Positions 23,100-37,300 of a DNA stretch of 64,000 nucleotides are shown here, one piece after another (position 1 is the stretch's first letter; each line of letters opens with the position of its first letter). Under the pieces are notes generated by a model. The model made no database searches. It saw only the letters and a list, made by a program, of their open reading frames with translations, and had not been told where the DNA came from. The translations under genes and the position numbers were made by a program. Source of the DNA: Eledone cirrhosa (taxonomy: Eukaryota); the NCBI GenBank assembly GCA_964016885.1, contig OZ024750.1, positions 38,874,001-38,938,000 of the forward strand, in the 5' to 3' direction.

Positions 23100-26000
23100 G
23101 GTTCTTGTTAACTATTACCTGGGTACCTCTACGGTGACAGTGGTTCTTGTTAACTATTACCTGGGTACCTCTACGGTGACAGTGCTTCTTGTTAACTATT
23201 ACCTGGGTACCTCTACTGTGACAGTGGTTCTTGTTAACTATTACCTGGGTACTTCTACGGTGACAGTGGTTCTTGTTAACTATTACCTGGGTGCCTCTAC
23301 GGTGACAGTGCTTGTTAACTATTACCTGGGTACCTCTACGGTGACAGTGCTTCTTGTTAACTATTACCTGGGTACTTCTACGGTGACAGTGGTTCTTGTT
23401 AACTATTACCTGGGTACCTCTACGGTGACAGTGGTTCTTGTTAAATATTACCTGGGTACCTCTACGGTGACAGTGCTTGTTAACTATTACCTGGGTACCT
23501 CTACGGTGACAGTGCTTCTTGTTAACTATTACCTGGGTACCTCTACGGTGACAGTGCTTCTTGTTAACTATTACCTGGGTACCTCTACGGTGACAGTGCT
23601 TCTTGTTAACTATTACCTGGGTACCTCTACGGTGACAGTGGTTCTTGTTAACTATTACCTGGGTACCTCTACGGTGACAGTGCTTCTTGTTAACTATTAC
23701 CTGGGTACCTCTACGGTGACAGTGCTTCTTGTTAACTATTACCTGGGTACCTCTACGGTGACAGTGCTTCTTGTTAACTATTACCTGGGTACCTCTACGA
23801 TGACTGCTTCTTGTTAACTATTACCTGGGTACCTCTACGGTAACAGTTGTTCTTGTTAACTATTACCTGGGTACCTCTACGGTGACAGTGCTTCTTGTTA
23901 ACTATTACCTGGGTACCTCTACGGTGACAGTGGTTCTTGTTAACTATTACCTGGGTACCTCTACGATGACAGTGCTTCATGTTAACTATTACCTAGGTAC
24001 CTCTACGGTGACAGTGCTTCTTGTTAACTATTACCTGGGTACCTCTACGGTGACAGTGCTTCTTGTTAACTATTATCTGGGTACCTCTACGGTGACAGTG
24101 CTTCTTGTTAACTATTACCTGGGTACCTCTACGGTGACAGTGGTTCTTGTTAACTATTACCTGGATACCTCTACGGTGACAGTGGTTCTTGTTAACTATT
24201 ACCTGGGTACCTCTACGGTGACAGTGGTTCTTGTTAACTATTACCTGGGTACATCTACGGTGACAGTGCTTGTTAACTATTACCTGGGTACCTCTACGGT
24301 GACAGTGCTTCTTGTTAACTATTACCTGGGTACTTCTACGGTGACTGCTTCTTGTTATCTATTACCTGGGTACCTCTACGGTGACAGTGCTTCTTGTTAA
24401 CTGTTACCTGGGTACCTCTACGGTGACAGTGCTTCTTGTTAACTATGACCTGGGTACCTCTATGGTGACAGTGGTTCTTGTTAACTATTACCTGGGTACC
24501 TCTACGGTGACAGTGGTTCTTGTTAACTATTACCTGGGTAGCTCTACGATGACAGTGCTTCTTGTTAACTATTACCTGGGTACCTCTACGGTGACAATGG
24601 TTCTTATTAACTATTACCTGGGTACCTCTACGGTGACAGTGCTTCTTGTTAACTATTACCTGGGTACCTCTACGGTGACAGTGCTTCTTGTTAACTATTA
24701 CCTGGGTACCTCTACGGGGACAGTGGTTCTTGTTAACTATTACCTGGCTACCTCTACGGTGACAGTGCTTCTTGTTAACTATTACCTGGGTACCTCTACG
24801 GTGACAGTGGTTCTTGTTAACTATTACCTGGGTACCTCTACGGTGACAGTGGTTCTTATTAACTATTACCTGGGTACCTCTACGGTGACAGTGGTTCTTG
24901 TTAACTATTACCTGGGTACCTCTACGATGACAGTGGTTCTTGTTAACTATTACCTGGTACCTCTGCGGTGAAAGTGGTTCTTGTTAACTATTACCTGGGT
25001 ACCTCTACGGTGACAGTGCTTCTTGTTAACTATTACCTGGGTACCTCTACGGTGACAGTGGTTCTTGTTAACTATTACCTGGGTACCTCTACGGTGACAG
25101 TGGTTCTTGTTAACTATTACCTGGGTACCTCTACGGTGACAGTGCTTCTTGTTAACTATTACCTGGGTACCTCTACGGTGACAGTGGTTCTTGTTAACTA
25201 TTACCTGGGTACCTCTACGGTGACAGTGCTTCTTGTTAACTATTACCTGGGTACCTATACGGTGACAGTGGTTCTTGTTAACTATTACCTGGGTACCTCT
25301 ACGGTGACAGTGGTTCTTATTAACTATTACCTGGGTACCTCTACGGTGACAGTGCTTCTTGTTAACTATTACCTGGGTACCTCTACGGTGACAGTGGTTC
25401 TTGTTAACTATTACCTGGGTACCTCTACGGTGACAGTGGTTCTTGTTAACTATTACCTGGGTACCTCTACGGTGACAGTGGTTCTTGTTAACTATTACCT
25501 GGGTACCTCTACGGTGACAGTGCTTCTTGTTAACTATTACCTGGGTACCTCTACGGTGACAATGGTTCTTATTAACTATTACCTGGGTACCTCTACGGTG
25601 ACAGTGCTTCTTGTTAACTATTACCTGGGTACCTCTACGGTGACAGTGCTTCTTGTTAACTATTACCTGGGTACCTCTACGAGGACAGTGGTTCTTGTTA
25701 ACTATTACCTGGCTACCTCTACGGTGACAGTGCTTCTTGTTAACTATTACCTGGGTACCTCTACGGTGACAGTGGTTCTTGTTAACTATTACCTGGGTAC
25801 CTCTACGGTGACAGTGGTTCTTATTAACTATTACCTGGGTACCTCTACGGTGACAGTGGTTCTTGTTAACTATTACCTGGGTACCTCTACGATGACAGTG
25901 GTTCTTGTTAACTATTACCTGGTACCTCTGCGGTGAAAGTGGTTCTTGTTAACTATTACCTGGGTACCTCTACGGTGACAGTGCTTCTTGTTAACTATTA

Positions 26001-29000
26001 CCTGGGTACCTCTACGGTGACAGTGGTTCTTGTTAACTATTACCTGGGTACCTCTACGGTGACAGTGGTTCTTGTTAACTATTACCTGGGTACCTCTACG
26101 GTGACAGTGCTTCTTGTTAACTATTACCTGGGTACCTCTACGGTGACAGTGGTTCTTGTTAACTATTACCTGGGTACCTCTACGGTGACAGTGCTTCTTG
26201 TTAACTATTACCTGGGTACCTATACGGTGACAGTGGTTCTTGTTAACTATTACCTGGGTACCTCTACGGTGACAGTGGTTCTTATTAACTATTACCTGGG
26301 TACCTCTACGGTGACAGTGCTTCTTGTTAACTATTACCTGGGTACCTCTACGGTGACAGTGGTTCTTGTTAACTATTACCTGGGTACCTCTACGGTGACA
26401 GTGGTTCTTGTTAACTATTACCTGGGTACCTCTACGGTGACAGTGGTTCTTGTTAACTATTACCTGGGTACCTCTACGGTGACAGTGGTTCTTGTTAACT
26501 ATTACCTGGGTACCTCTACGGTGACAGTGCTTCTTGTTAACTATTACCTGGGTACCTCTACGGTGACAGTGGTTCTTGTTAACTATTACCTGGGTACCTC
26601 TACGGTGACAGTGCTTCTTGTTAACTATTACCTGGGTACCTATACGGTGACAGTGGTTCTTGTTAACTATTACCTGGGTACCTCTACGGTGACAGTGGTT
26701 CTTATTAACTATTACCTGGGTACCTCTACGGTGACAGTGCTTCTTGTTAACTATTACCTGGGTACCTCTACGGTGACAGTGGTTCTTGTTAACTATTACC
26801 TGGGTACCTCTACGGTGACAGTGGTTCTTGTTAACTATTACCTGGGTACCTCTACGGTGACAGTGGTTCTTGTTAACTATTACCTGGGTACCTCTACGGT
26901 GACAGTGCTTCTTGTTAACTATTACCTGGGTACCTCTACTGTGACAGTGGTTCTTGTTAACTATTACCTGGGTACTTCTACGGTGACAGTGGTTCTTGTT
27001 AACTATTACCTGGGTGCCTCTACGGTGACAGTGCTTGTTAACTATTACCTGGGTACCTCTACGGTGACAGTGCTTCTTGTTAACTATTACCTGGGTACTT
27101 CTACGGTGACAGTGGTTCTTGTTAACTATTACCTGGGTACCTCTACGGTGACAGTGGTTCTTGTTAAATATTACCTGGGTACCTCTACGGTGACAGTGCT
27201 TGTTAACTATTACCTGGGTACCTCTACGGTGACAGTGCTTCTTGTTAACTATTACCTGGGTACCTCTACGGTGACAGTGCTTCTTGTTAACTATTACCTG
27301 GGTACCTCTACGGTGACAGTGCTTCTTGTTAACTATTACCTGGGTACCTCTACGGTGACAGTGGTTCTTGTTAACTATTACCTGGGTACCTCTACGGTGA
27401 CAGTGCTTCTTGTTAACTATTACCTGGGTACCTCTACGGTGACAGTGCTTCTTGTTAACTATTACCTGGGTACCTCTACGGTGACAGTGCTTCTTGTTAA
27501 CTATTACCTGGGTACCTCTACGATGACTGCTTCTTGTTAACTATTACCTGGGTACCTCTACGGTAACAGTTGTTCTTGTTAACTATTACCTGGGTACCTC
27601 TACGGTGACAGTGCTTCTTGTTAACTATTACCTGGGTACCTCTACGGTGACAGTGGTTCTTGTTAACTATTACCTGGGTACCTCTACGATGACAGTGCTT
27701 CATGTTAACTATTACCTAGGTACCTCTACGGTGACAGTGCTTCTTGTTAACTATTACCTGGGTACCTCTACGGTGACAGTGCTTCTTGTTAACTATTATC
27801 TGGGTACCTCTACGGTGACAGTGCTTCTTGTTAACTATTACCTGGGTACCTCTACGGTGACAGTGGTTCTTGTTAACTATTACCTGGATACCTCTACGGT
27901 GACAGTGGTTCTTGTTAACTATTACCTGGGTACCTCTACGGTGACAGTGGTTCTTGTTAACTATTACCTGGGTACCTCTACGGTGACAGTGCTTGTTAAC
28001 TATTACCTGGGTACCTCTACGGTGACAGTGCTTCTTGTTAACTATTACCTGGGTACTTCTACGGTGACTGCTTCTTGTTATCTATTACCTGGGTACCTCT
28101 ACGGTGACAGTGCTTCTTGTTAACTGTTACCTGGGTACCTCTACGGTGACAGTGCTTCTTGTTAACTATGACCTGGGTACCTCTATGGTGACAGTGGTTC
28201 TTGTTAACTATTACCTGGGTACCTCTACGGTGACAGTGGTTCTTGTTAACTATTACCTGGGTAGCTCTACGATGACAGTGCTTCTTGTTAACTATTACCT
28301 GGGTACCTCTACGGTGACAATGGTTCTTATTAACTATTACCTGGGTACCTCTACGGTGACAGTGCTTCTTGTTAACTATTACCTGGGTACCTCTACGGTG
28401 ACAGTGCTTCTTGTTAACTATTACCTGGGTACCTCTACGGGGACAGTGGTTCTTGTTAACTATTACCTGGCTACCTCTACGGTGACAGTGCTTCTTGTTA
28501 ACTATTACCTGGGTACCTCTACGGTGACAGTGGTTCTTGTTAACTATTACCTGGGTACCTCTACGGTGACAGTGGTTCTTATTAACTATTACCTGGGTAC
28601 CTCTACGGTGACAGTGGTTCTTGTTAACTATTACCTGGGTACCTCTACGATGACAGTGGTTCTTGTTAACTATTACCTGGTACCTCTGCGGTGAAAGTGG
28701 TTCTTGTTAACTATTACCTGGGTACCTCTACGGTGACAGTGCTTCTTGTTAACTATTACCTGGGTACCTCTACGGTGACAGTGGTTCTTGTTAACTATTA
28801 CCTGGGTACCTCTACGGTGACAGTGGTTCTTGTTAACTATTACCTGGGTACCTCTACGGTGACAGTGCTTCTTGTTAACTATTACCTGGGTACCTCTACG
28901 GTGACAGTGGTTCTTGTTAACTATTACCTGGGTACCTCTACGGTGACAGTGCTTCTTGTTAACTATTACCTGGGTACCTATACGGTGACAGTGGTTCTTG

Positions 29001-29150
29001 TTAACTATTACCTGGGTACCTCTACGGTGACAGTGGTTCTTATTAACTATTACCTGGGTACCTCTACGGTGACAGTGCTTCTTGTTAACTATTACCTGGG
29101 TACCTCTACGGTGACAGTGGTTCTTGTTAACTATTACCTGGGTACCTCTA
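23100..29150. repeat. 3723-bp-offset block duplication within the array
   Basis: Matched markers at 23217/26940, 23882/27605, 24381/28104, 24968/28691. Boundaries approximate. Confidence 0.9.
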
Positions 29151-32100
29151 CGGTGACAGTGGTTCTTGTTAACTATTACCTGGGTACCTCTACGATGACA
29201 GTGGTTCTTGTTAACTATTACCTGGGTACCTCTGCGGTGAAAGTGGTTCTTGTTAACTATTACCTGGATACCTCTACGATGACAGTGGTTCTTGTTAACT
29301 ATTACCTGGGTACCTCTACGGTGAAAGTGGTTCTTGTTAACTATTACCTGGGTACCTCTACGGTGACAGTGCTTCTTGTTAACTATTACCTGGGTACCTC
29401 TACGGTGACAGTGCTTCTTGTTAACTATTACCTGGGTACCTCTACGGTGACAGTGGTTCTTGTTAACTATTACCTGGGTACCTCTACGGTGACAGTGGTT
29501 CTTGTTAACTATTACCTGGGTACCTCTAAGGTGACAGTGCTTCTTGTTAACTATTACCTGGGTACCTCTACGGTGACAGTGGTTCTTGTTAACTATTACC
29601 TGGGTACCTCTACGGTGACAGTGCTTCTTGTTAACTATTACCTGGGTACCTCTACGGTGACAGTGGTTCTTGTTAACTATTACCTGGGTACCTCTACGGT
29701 GACAGTGGTTCTTATTAACTATTACCTGGGTACCTCTACGATGACAGTGCTTCTTGTTAACTATTACCTGGGTACCTCTGCGGTGAAAGTGGTTCTTGTT
29801 AACTATTACCTGGGTACCTCTACGGTGACAGTGCTTCTTGTTAACTATTACCTGGGTACCTCTACGGTGACAGTGGTTCTTGTTAACTATTACCTGGGTA
29901 CCTCTACGGTGACAGTGGTTCTTGTTAACTATTACCTGGGTACCTCTACGGTGACAGTGGTTCTTATTAACTATTACCTGGGTACCTCTACGGTGACAGT
30001 GCTTCTTGTTAACTATTACCTGGGTACCTCTACGGTGACAGTGGTTCTTGTTAACTATTACCTGGGTACCTCTACGGTGACAGTGGTTCTTGTTAACTAT
30101 TACCTGGGTACCTCTACGATGACAGTGGTTCTTGTTAACTATTACCTGGGTACCTCTGCGGTGAAAGTGGTTGTTGTTAACTATTACCTGGGTACCTCTA
30201 CGGTGACAGTGCTTCTTGTTAACTATTACCTGGGTACCTCTACGGTGACAGTGGTTCTTGTTAACTATTACCTGGGTACCTCTACGGTGACAGTGGTTCT
30301 TGTTAACTATTACCTGGGTACCTCTACGGTGACAGTGGTTCTTGTTAACTATTACCTGGGTACCTCTACGGTGACAGTGGTTCTTGTTAACTATTACCTG
30401 GGTACCTCTACGGTGACAGTGGTTCTTGTTAACTATTACCTGGGTACCTCTACGGTGACAGTGGTTCTTATTAACTATTACCTGGGTACCTCTACGGTGA
30501 CAGTGCTTCTTGTTAACTATTACCTGGGTACCTCTACGGTGACAGTGGTTCTTGTTAACTATTACGTGGGTACCTCTACGGTGACAGTGGTTCTTGTTAA
30601 CTATTACCTGGGTACCTCTACGGTGACAGTGGTTCTTGTTAACTATTACCTGGGTACCTCTACGGTGACAGTGGTTCTTGTTAACTATTACCTGGGTACC
30701 TCTACGGTGACAGTGGTTCTTGTTAACTATTACCTGGGTACCTCTACGGTGACAGTGCTTCTTGTTAACTATTACCTGGGTACCTCTACGGTGACAGTGG
30801 TTCTTGTTAACTATTACCTGGGTACCTCTACGGTGACAGTGGTTCTTATTAACTATTACCTGGGTACCTCTACGGTGACAGTGCTTCTTGTTAACTATTA
30901 CCTGGGTACCTCTACGATGACAGTGGTTCTTGTTAACTATTACCTGGGTACCTCTGTGGTGAAAGTGGTTCTTGTTAACTATTACCTGGGTACCTCTACG
31001 GTGACAGTGCTTCTTGTTAACTATTACCTGGGTACCTCTACGGTGACAGTGGTTCTTGTTAACTATTACCTGGGTACCTCTACGGTGACAGTGCTTCTTG
31101 TTAACTATTACCTGGGTACCTCTACGGTGACAGTGCTTCTTGATAACTATTACCTGGGTACCTCTACGGTGACAGTGGTTCTTGTTAACTATTACCTGGG
31201 TACCTCTACGGTGACAGTGCTTCTTGTTAACTATTACCTGCGTACCTATACGGTGACAGTGGTTCTTGTTAACTATTACCTGGGTACCTCTACGGTGACA
31301 GTGGTTCTTATTAACTATTACCTGGGTACCTCTACGGTGACAGTGCTTCTTGTTAACTATTACCTGGGTACCTCTACGGTGACAGTGGTTCTTGTTAACT
31401 ATTACCTGGGTACCTCTACGGTGACAGTGGTTCTTGTTAACTATTACCTGGGTACCTCTACGATGACAGTGGTTCTTGTTAACTATTACCTGGGTACCTC
31501 TGCGGTGAAAGTGGTTCTTGTTAACTATTACCTGGGTACCTCTACGATGACAGTGGTTCTTGTTAACTATTACCTGGGTACCTCTACGGTGAAAGTGGTT
31601 CTTGTTAACTATTACCTGGGTACCTCTACGGTGACAGTGGTTCTTGTTAACTATTACCTGGGTACCTCTACGGTGACAGTGCTTCTTGTTAACTATTACC
31701 TGGGTACCTCTACGGTGACAGTGGTTCTTGTTAACTATTACCTGGGTACCTCTACGGTGACAGTGGTTCTTGTTAACTATTACCTGGGTACCTCTAAGGT
31801 GACAGTGCTTCTTGTTAACTATTACCTGGGTACCTCTACGGTGACAGTGGTTCTTGTTAACTATTACCTGGGTACCTCTACGGTGACAGTGCTTCTTGTT
31901 AACTATTACCTGGGTACCTCTACGGTGACAGTGGTTCTTGTTAACTATTACCTGGGTACCTCTACGGTGACAGTGGTTCTTATTAACTATTACCTGGGTA
32001 CCTCTACGATGACAGTGCTTCTTGTTAACTATTACCTGGGTACCTCTGCGGTGAAAGTGGTTCTTGTTAACTATTACCTGGGTACCTCTACGGTGACAGT

Positions 32101-34050
32101 GCTTCTTGTTAACTATTACCTGGGTACCTCTACGGTGACAGTGGTTCTTGTTAACTATTACGTGGGTACCTCTACGGTGACAGTGGTTCTTGTTAACTAT
32201 TACCTGGGTACCTCTACGGTGACAGTGGTTCTTGTTAACTATTACCTGGGTACCTCTACGGTGACAGTGCTTCTTGTTAACTATTACCTGGGTACCTATA
32301 CGGTGACAGTGGTTCTTGTTAACTATTACCTGGGTACCTCTACGGTGACAGTGGTTCTTATTAACTATTACCTGGGTACCTCTACGGTGACAGTGCTTCT
32401 TGTTAACTATTACCTGGGTACCTCTACGGTGACAGTGGTTCTTGTTAACTATTACCTGGGTACCTCTACGGTGACAGTGGTTCTTGTTAACTATTACCTG
32501 GGTACCTCTACGATGACAGTGGTTCTTGTTAACTATTACCTGGGTACCTCTGCGGTGAAAGTGGTTGTTGTTAACTATTACCTGGGTACCTCTACGGTGA
32601 CAGTGCTTCTTGTTAACTATTACCTGGGTACCTCTACGGTGACAGTGGTTCTTGTTAACTATTACCTGGGTACCTCTACGGTGACAGTGGTTCTTGTTAA
32701 CTATTACCTGGGTACCTCTACGGTGACAGTGGTTCTTGTTAACTATTACCTGGGTACCTCTACGGTGACAGTGGTTCTTGTTAACTATTACCTGGGTACC
32801 TCTACGGTGACAGTGGTTCTTGTTAACTATTACCTGGGTACCTCTACGGTGACAGTGGTTCTTATTAACTATTACCTGGGTACCTCTACGGTGACAGTGC
32901 TTCTTGTTAACTATTACCTGGGTACCTCTACGGTGACAGTGGTTCTTGTTAACTATTACGTGGGTACCTCTACGGTGACAGTGGTTCTTGTTAACTATTA
33001 CCTGGGTACCTCTACGGTGACAGTGGTTCTTGTTAACTATTACCTGGGTACCTCTACGGTGACAGTGCTTCTTGTTAACTATTACCTGGGTACCTCTACG
33101 GTGACAGTGGTTCTTGTTAACTATTACCTGGGTACCTCTACGGTGACAGTGCTTCTTGTTAACTATTACCTGGGTACCTCTACGGTGACAGTGGTTCTTG
33201 TTAACTATTACCTGGGTACCTCTACGGTGACAGTGGTTCTTATTAACTATTACCTGGGTACCTCTACGGTGACAGTGCTTCTTGTTAACTATTACCTGGG
33301 TACGTCTACGATGACAGTGGTTCTTGTTAACTATTACCTGGGTACCTCTGTGGTGAAAGTGGTTCTTGTTAACTATTACCTGGGTACCTCTACGGTGACA
33401 GTGCTTCTTGTTAACTATTACCTGGGTACCTCTACGGTGACAGTGGTTCTTGTTAACTATTACCTGGGTACCTCTACGGTGACAGTGCTTCTTGTTAACT
33501 ATTACCTGGGTACCTCTACGGTGACAGTGCTTCTTGATAACTATTACCTGGGTACCTCTACGGTGACAGTGGTTCTTGTTAACTATTACCTGGGTACCTC
33601 TACGGTGACAGTGCTTCTTGTTAACTATTACCTGCGTACCTATACGGTGACAGTGGTTCTTGTTAACTATTACCTGGGTACCTCTACGGTGACAGTGGTT
33701 CTTATTAACTATTACCTGGGTACCTCTACGGTGACAGTGCTTCTTGTTAACTATTACCTGGGTACCTCTACGGTGACAGTGGTTCTTGTTAACTATTACC
33801 TGGGTACCTCTACGGTGACAGTGGTTCTTGTTAACTATTACCTGGGTACCTCTACGATGACAGTGGTTCTTGTTAACTATTACCTGGGTACCTCTGCGGT
33901 GAAAGTGGTTCTTGTTAACTATTACCTGGGTACCTCTACGATGACAGTGGTTCTTGTTAACTATTACCTGGGTACCTCTACGGTGAAAGTGGTTCTTGTT
34001 AACTATTACCTGGGTACCTCTACGGTGACAGTGCTTCTTGTTAACTATTA
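29000..34050. repeat. ~2.3-2.4-kb tandem block duplication within the array
   Basis: TCTAAG marker at 29529/31797 (2268 = 54 monomers); GATAAC marker at 31143/33537 (2394 = 57 monomers). Boundaries approximate. Confidence 0.85.
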
Positions 34051-34399
34051 CCTGGGTACCTCTACGGTGACAGTGGTTCTTGTTAACTATTACCTGGGTA
34101 CCTCTACGGTGACAGTGCTTCTTGTTAACTATTACCTGGGTACCTCTACGGTGACAGTGGTTCTTGTTAACTATTACCTGGGTACCTCTACGGTGACAGT
34201 GCTTCTTGTTAACTATTACCTGGGTACCTCTACGGTGACAGTGGTTCTTGTTAACTATTACCTGGGTACCTCTACGGTGACAGTGCTTCTTGTTAACTAT
34301 TACCTGGGTACCTCTACGGTGACAGTGGTTCTTGTTAACTATTACCTGGGTACCTCTACGGTGACAGTGCTTCTTGTTAACTATTACCTGGGTACCTCT

Positions 34400-37300
34400 A
34401 CGGTGACAGTGGTTCTTGTTAACTATTACCTGGGTACCTCTACGGTGACAGTGGTTCTTGTTAACTATTACCTGGGTACCTCTACGGTGACAGTGGTTCT
34501 TGTTAACTATTACCTGGGTACCTCTACGGTGACAGTGGTTCTTGTTAACTATTACCTGGGTACCTCTACGGTGACAGTGGTTCTTGTTATCTATTACCTC
34601 GGTACCTCTACGGTGACAGTGCTTCTTGTTAACTATTACCTGGGTACCTCTACGGTGACAGTGCTTCTTGTTAACTATTACCTGGGTACCTCTACGGTGA
34701 CAGTGCTTCTTGTTAACTATTACCTGGGTACCTCTACGGTGACAGTGGTTCTTGTTAACTATTACCTGGGTACCTCTACGTTGACAGTGGTTCTTGTTAA
34801 CTATTACCTGGGTACCTCTACGGTGACAGTCCTTCTTGTTAACTATTACCTGGGTACCTCTACGATGACTGCTTCTTGTTAACTATTACCTGGGTACCTC
34901 TACGGTGACAGTTGTTCTTGTTAACTATTACCTGGGTACCTCTACGGTGACAGTGCTTCTTGTTAACTATTACCTGGGTACCTCTACGGTGACAGTGGTT
35001 CTTGTTAACTATTACCTGGGTACCTCTACGATGACAGTGCTTCATGTTAACTATTACCTAGGTATCTCTACGGTGACAGTGCTTCTTGTTAACTATTACC
35101 TGGGTACCTCTACGGTGACAGTGCTTGTTAACTATTACCTGGGTACCTCTACGGTGACAGTGCTTCTTGTTAACTATTACCTGGGTACTTCTACGGTGAC
35201 TGCTTCTTGTTAACTATTACCTGGGTACCTCTACGGTGACAGTGCTTCTTGTTAACTATTACCTGGGTACCTCTACGGTGACAGTGCTTCTTGTTAACTA
35301 TGACCTGGGTACCTCTACGGTGACAGTGGTTCTTGTTAACTATTACCTGGGTACCTCTACGGTGACAGTGGTTCTTGTTAACTATTACCTGGGTAGCTCT
35401 ACGATGACAGTGCTTCTTGTTAACTATTACCTGGGTACCTCTACGGTGACAATGGTTCTTATTAACTATTACCTGGGTACCTCTACGGTGACAGTGGTTC
35501 TTGTTAACTATTACCTGGGTACCTCTACGGTGACAGTGCTTCTTGTTAACTATTACCTGGGTACCTCTACGGTGACAGTGGTTCTTGTTAACTATTACCT
35601 GGGTACCTCTACGGTGACAGTGCTTCTTGTTAACTATTACCTGGGTACCTCTACGGTGACAGTGGTTCTTGTTAACTATTACCTGGGTACCTCTACGGTG
35701 ACAGTGGTTCTTATTAACTATTACCTGGGTACCTCTACGGTGAGAGTGCTTCTTGTTAACTATTACCTGGGTACCTCTACGATGACAGTGGTTCTTGTTA
35801 ACTATTACCTGGGTACCTCTGCGGTGAAAGTGGTTCTTGTTAACTATTACCTGGGTACCTCTACGGTGACAGTGCTTCTTGTTAACTATTACCTGGGTAC
35901 CTCTACGGTGACAGTGGTTCTTGTTAACTATTACCTGGGTACCTCTACGGTGACAGTGGTTCTTGTTAACTATTACCTGGGTACGTCTACGGTGACAGTG
36001 CTTCTTGTTAACTATTACCTGGGTACCTCTACGGTGACAGTGGTTCTTGTTAACTATTACCTGGGTACCTCTACGGTGACAGTGCTTCTTGTTAACTATT
36101 ACCTGGGTACCTATACGGTGACAGTGGTTCTTGTTAACTATTACCTGGGTACCTCTACGGTGACAGTGGTTCTTATTAACTATTACCTGGGTACCTCTAC
36201 GGTGACAGTGGTTCTTGTTAACTATTACCTGGGTACCTCTACGGTGACAGTGGTTCTTGTTAACTATTACCTGGGTACCTCTACGGTGACAGTGCTTCTT
36301 GTTAACTATTACCTGGGTACCTCTACGATGACAGTGGTTCTTGTTAACTATTACCTGGGTACCTCTGCGGTGAAAGTGGTTCTTGTTAACTATTACCTGG
36401 GTACCTCTACGATGACAGTGGTTCTTGTTAACTATTACCTGGGTACCTCTACGGTGAAAGTGGTTCTTGTTAACTATTACCTGGGTACCTCTACGGTGAC
36501 AGTGCTTCTTGTTAACTATTACCTGGGTACCTCTACGGTGACAGTGGTTCTTGTTAACTATTACCTGGGTACCTCTACGGTGACAGTGGTTCTTGTTAAC
36601 TATTACTTGGGTACCTCTACGGTGACAGTGGTTCTTGTTAAATATTACCTGGGTACCTCTACGGTGACAGTGGTTCTTGTTAACTATTACCTGGGTAACT
36701 ATACGGTGACAGTGGTTCTTGTTAACTATTACCTGGGTACCTCTACGGTGACAGTGGTTCTTATTAACTATTACCTGGGTACCTCTACGGTGACAGTGCT
36801 TCTTGTTAACTATTACCTGGGTACCTCTACGGTAACAGTGGTTCTTGTTAACTATTACCTGGGTACCTCTACGGTGACAGTGGTTCTTGTTAACTATTAC
36901 CTGGGTACCTCTACGATGACAGTGGTTCTTGTTAACTATTACCTGGGTACCGCTGCGGTGAAAGTGGTTCTTGTTAACTATTACCTGGGTACCTCTACGA
37001 TGACAGTGGTTCTTGTTAACTATTACCTGGGTACCTCTACGGTGAAAGTGGTTCTTGTTAACTATTACCTGGGTACCTCTACGGTGACAGTGATTCTTGT
37101 TAACTATTACCTGGGTACCTCTACGGTGACAGTGGTTCTTGTTAACTATTACCTGGGTACCTCTACGATGACAGTGGTTCTTGTTAACTATTACCTGGGT
37201 ACCTCTACGGTGACAGTGCTTCTTGTTAACTATTACCTGGGTACCTCTACGGTGACAGTGGTTCTTGTTAACTATTACCTGGGTACCTCTACGGTGACAG

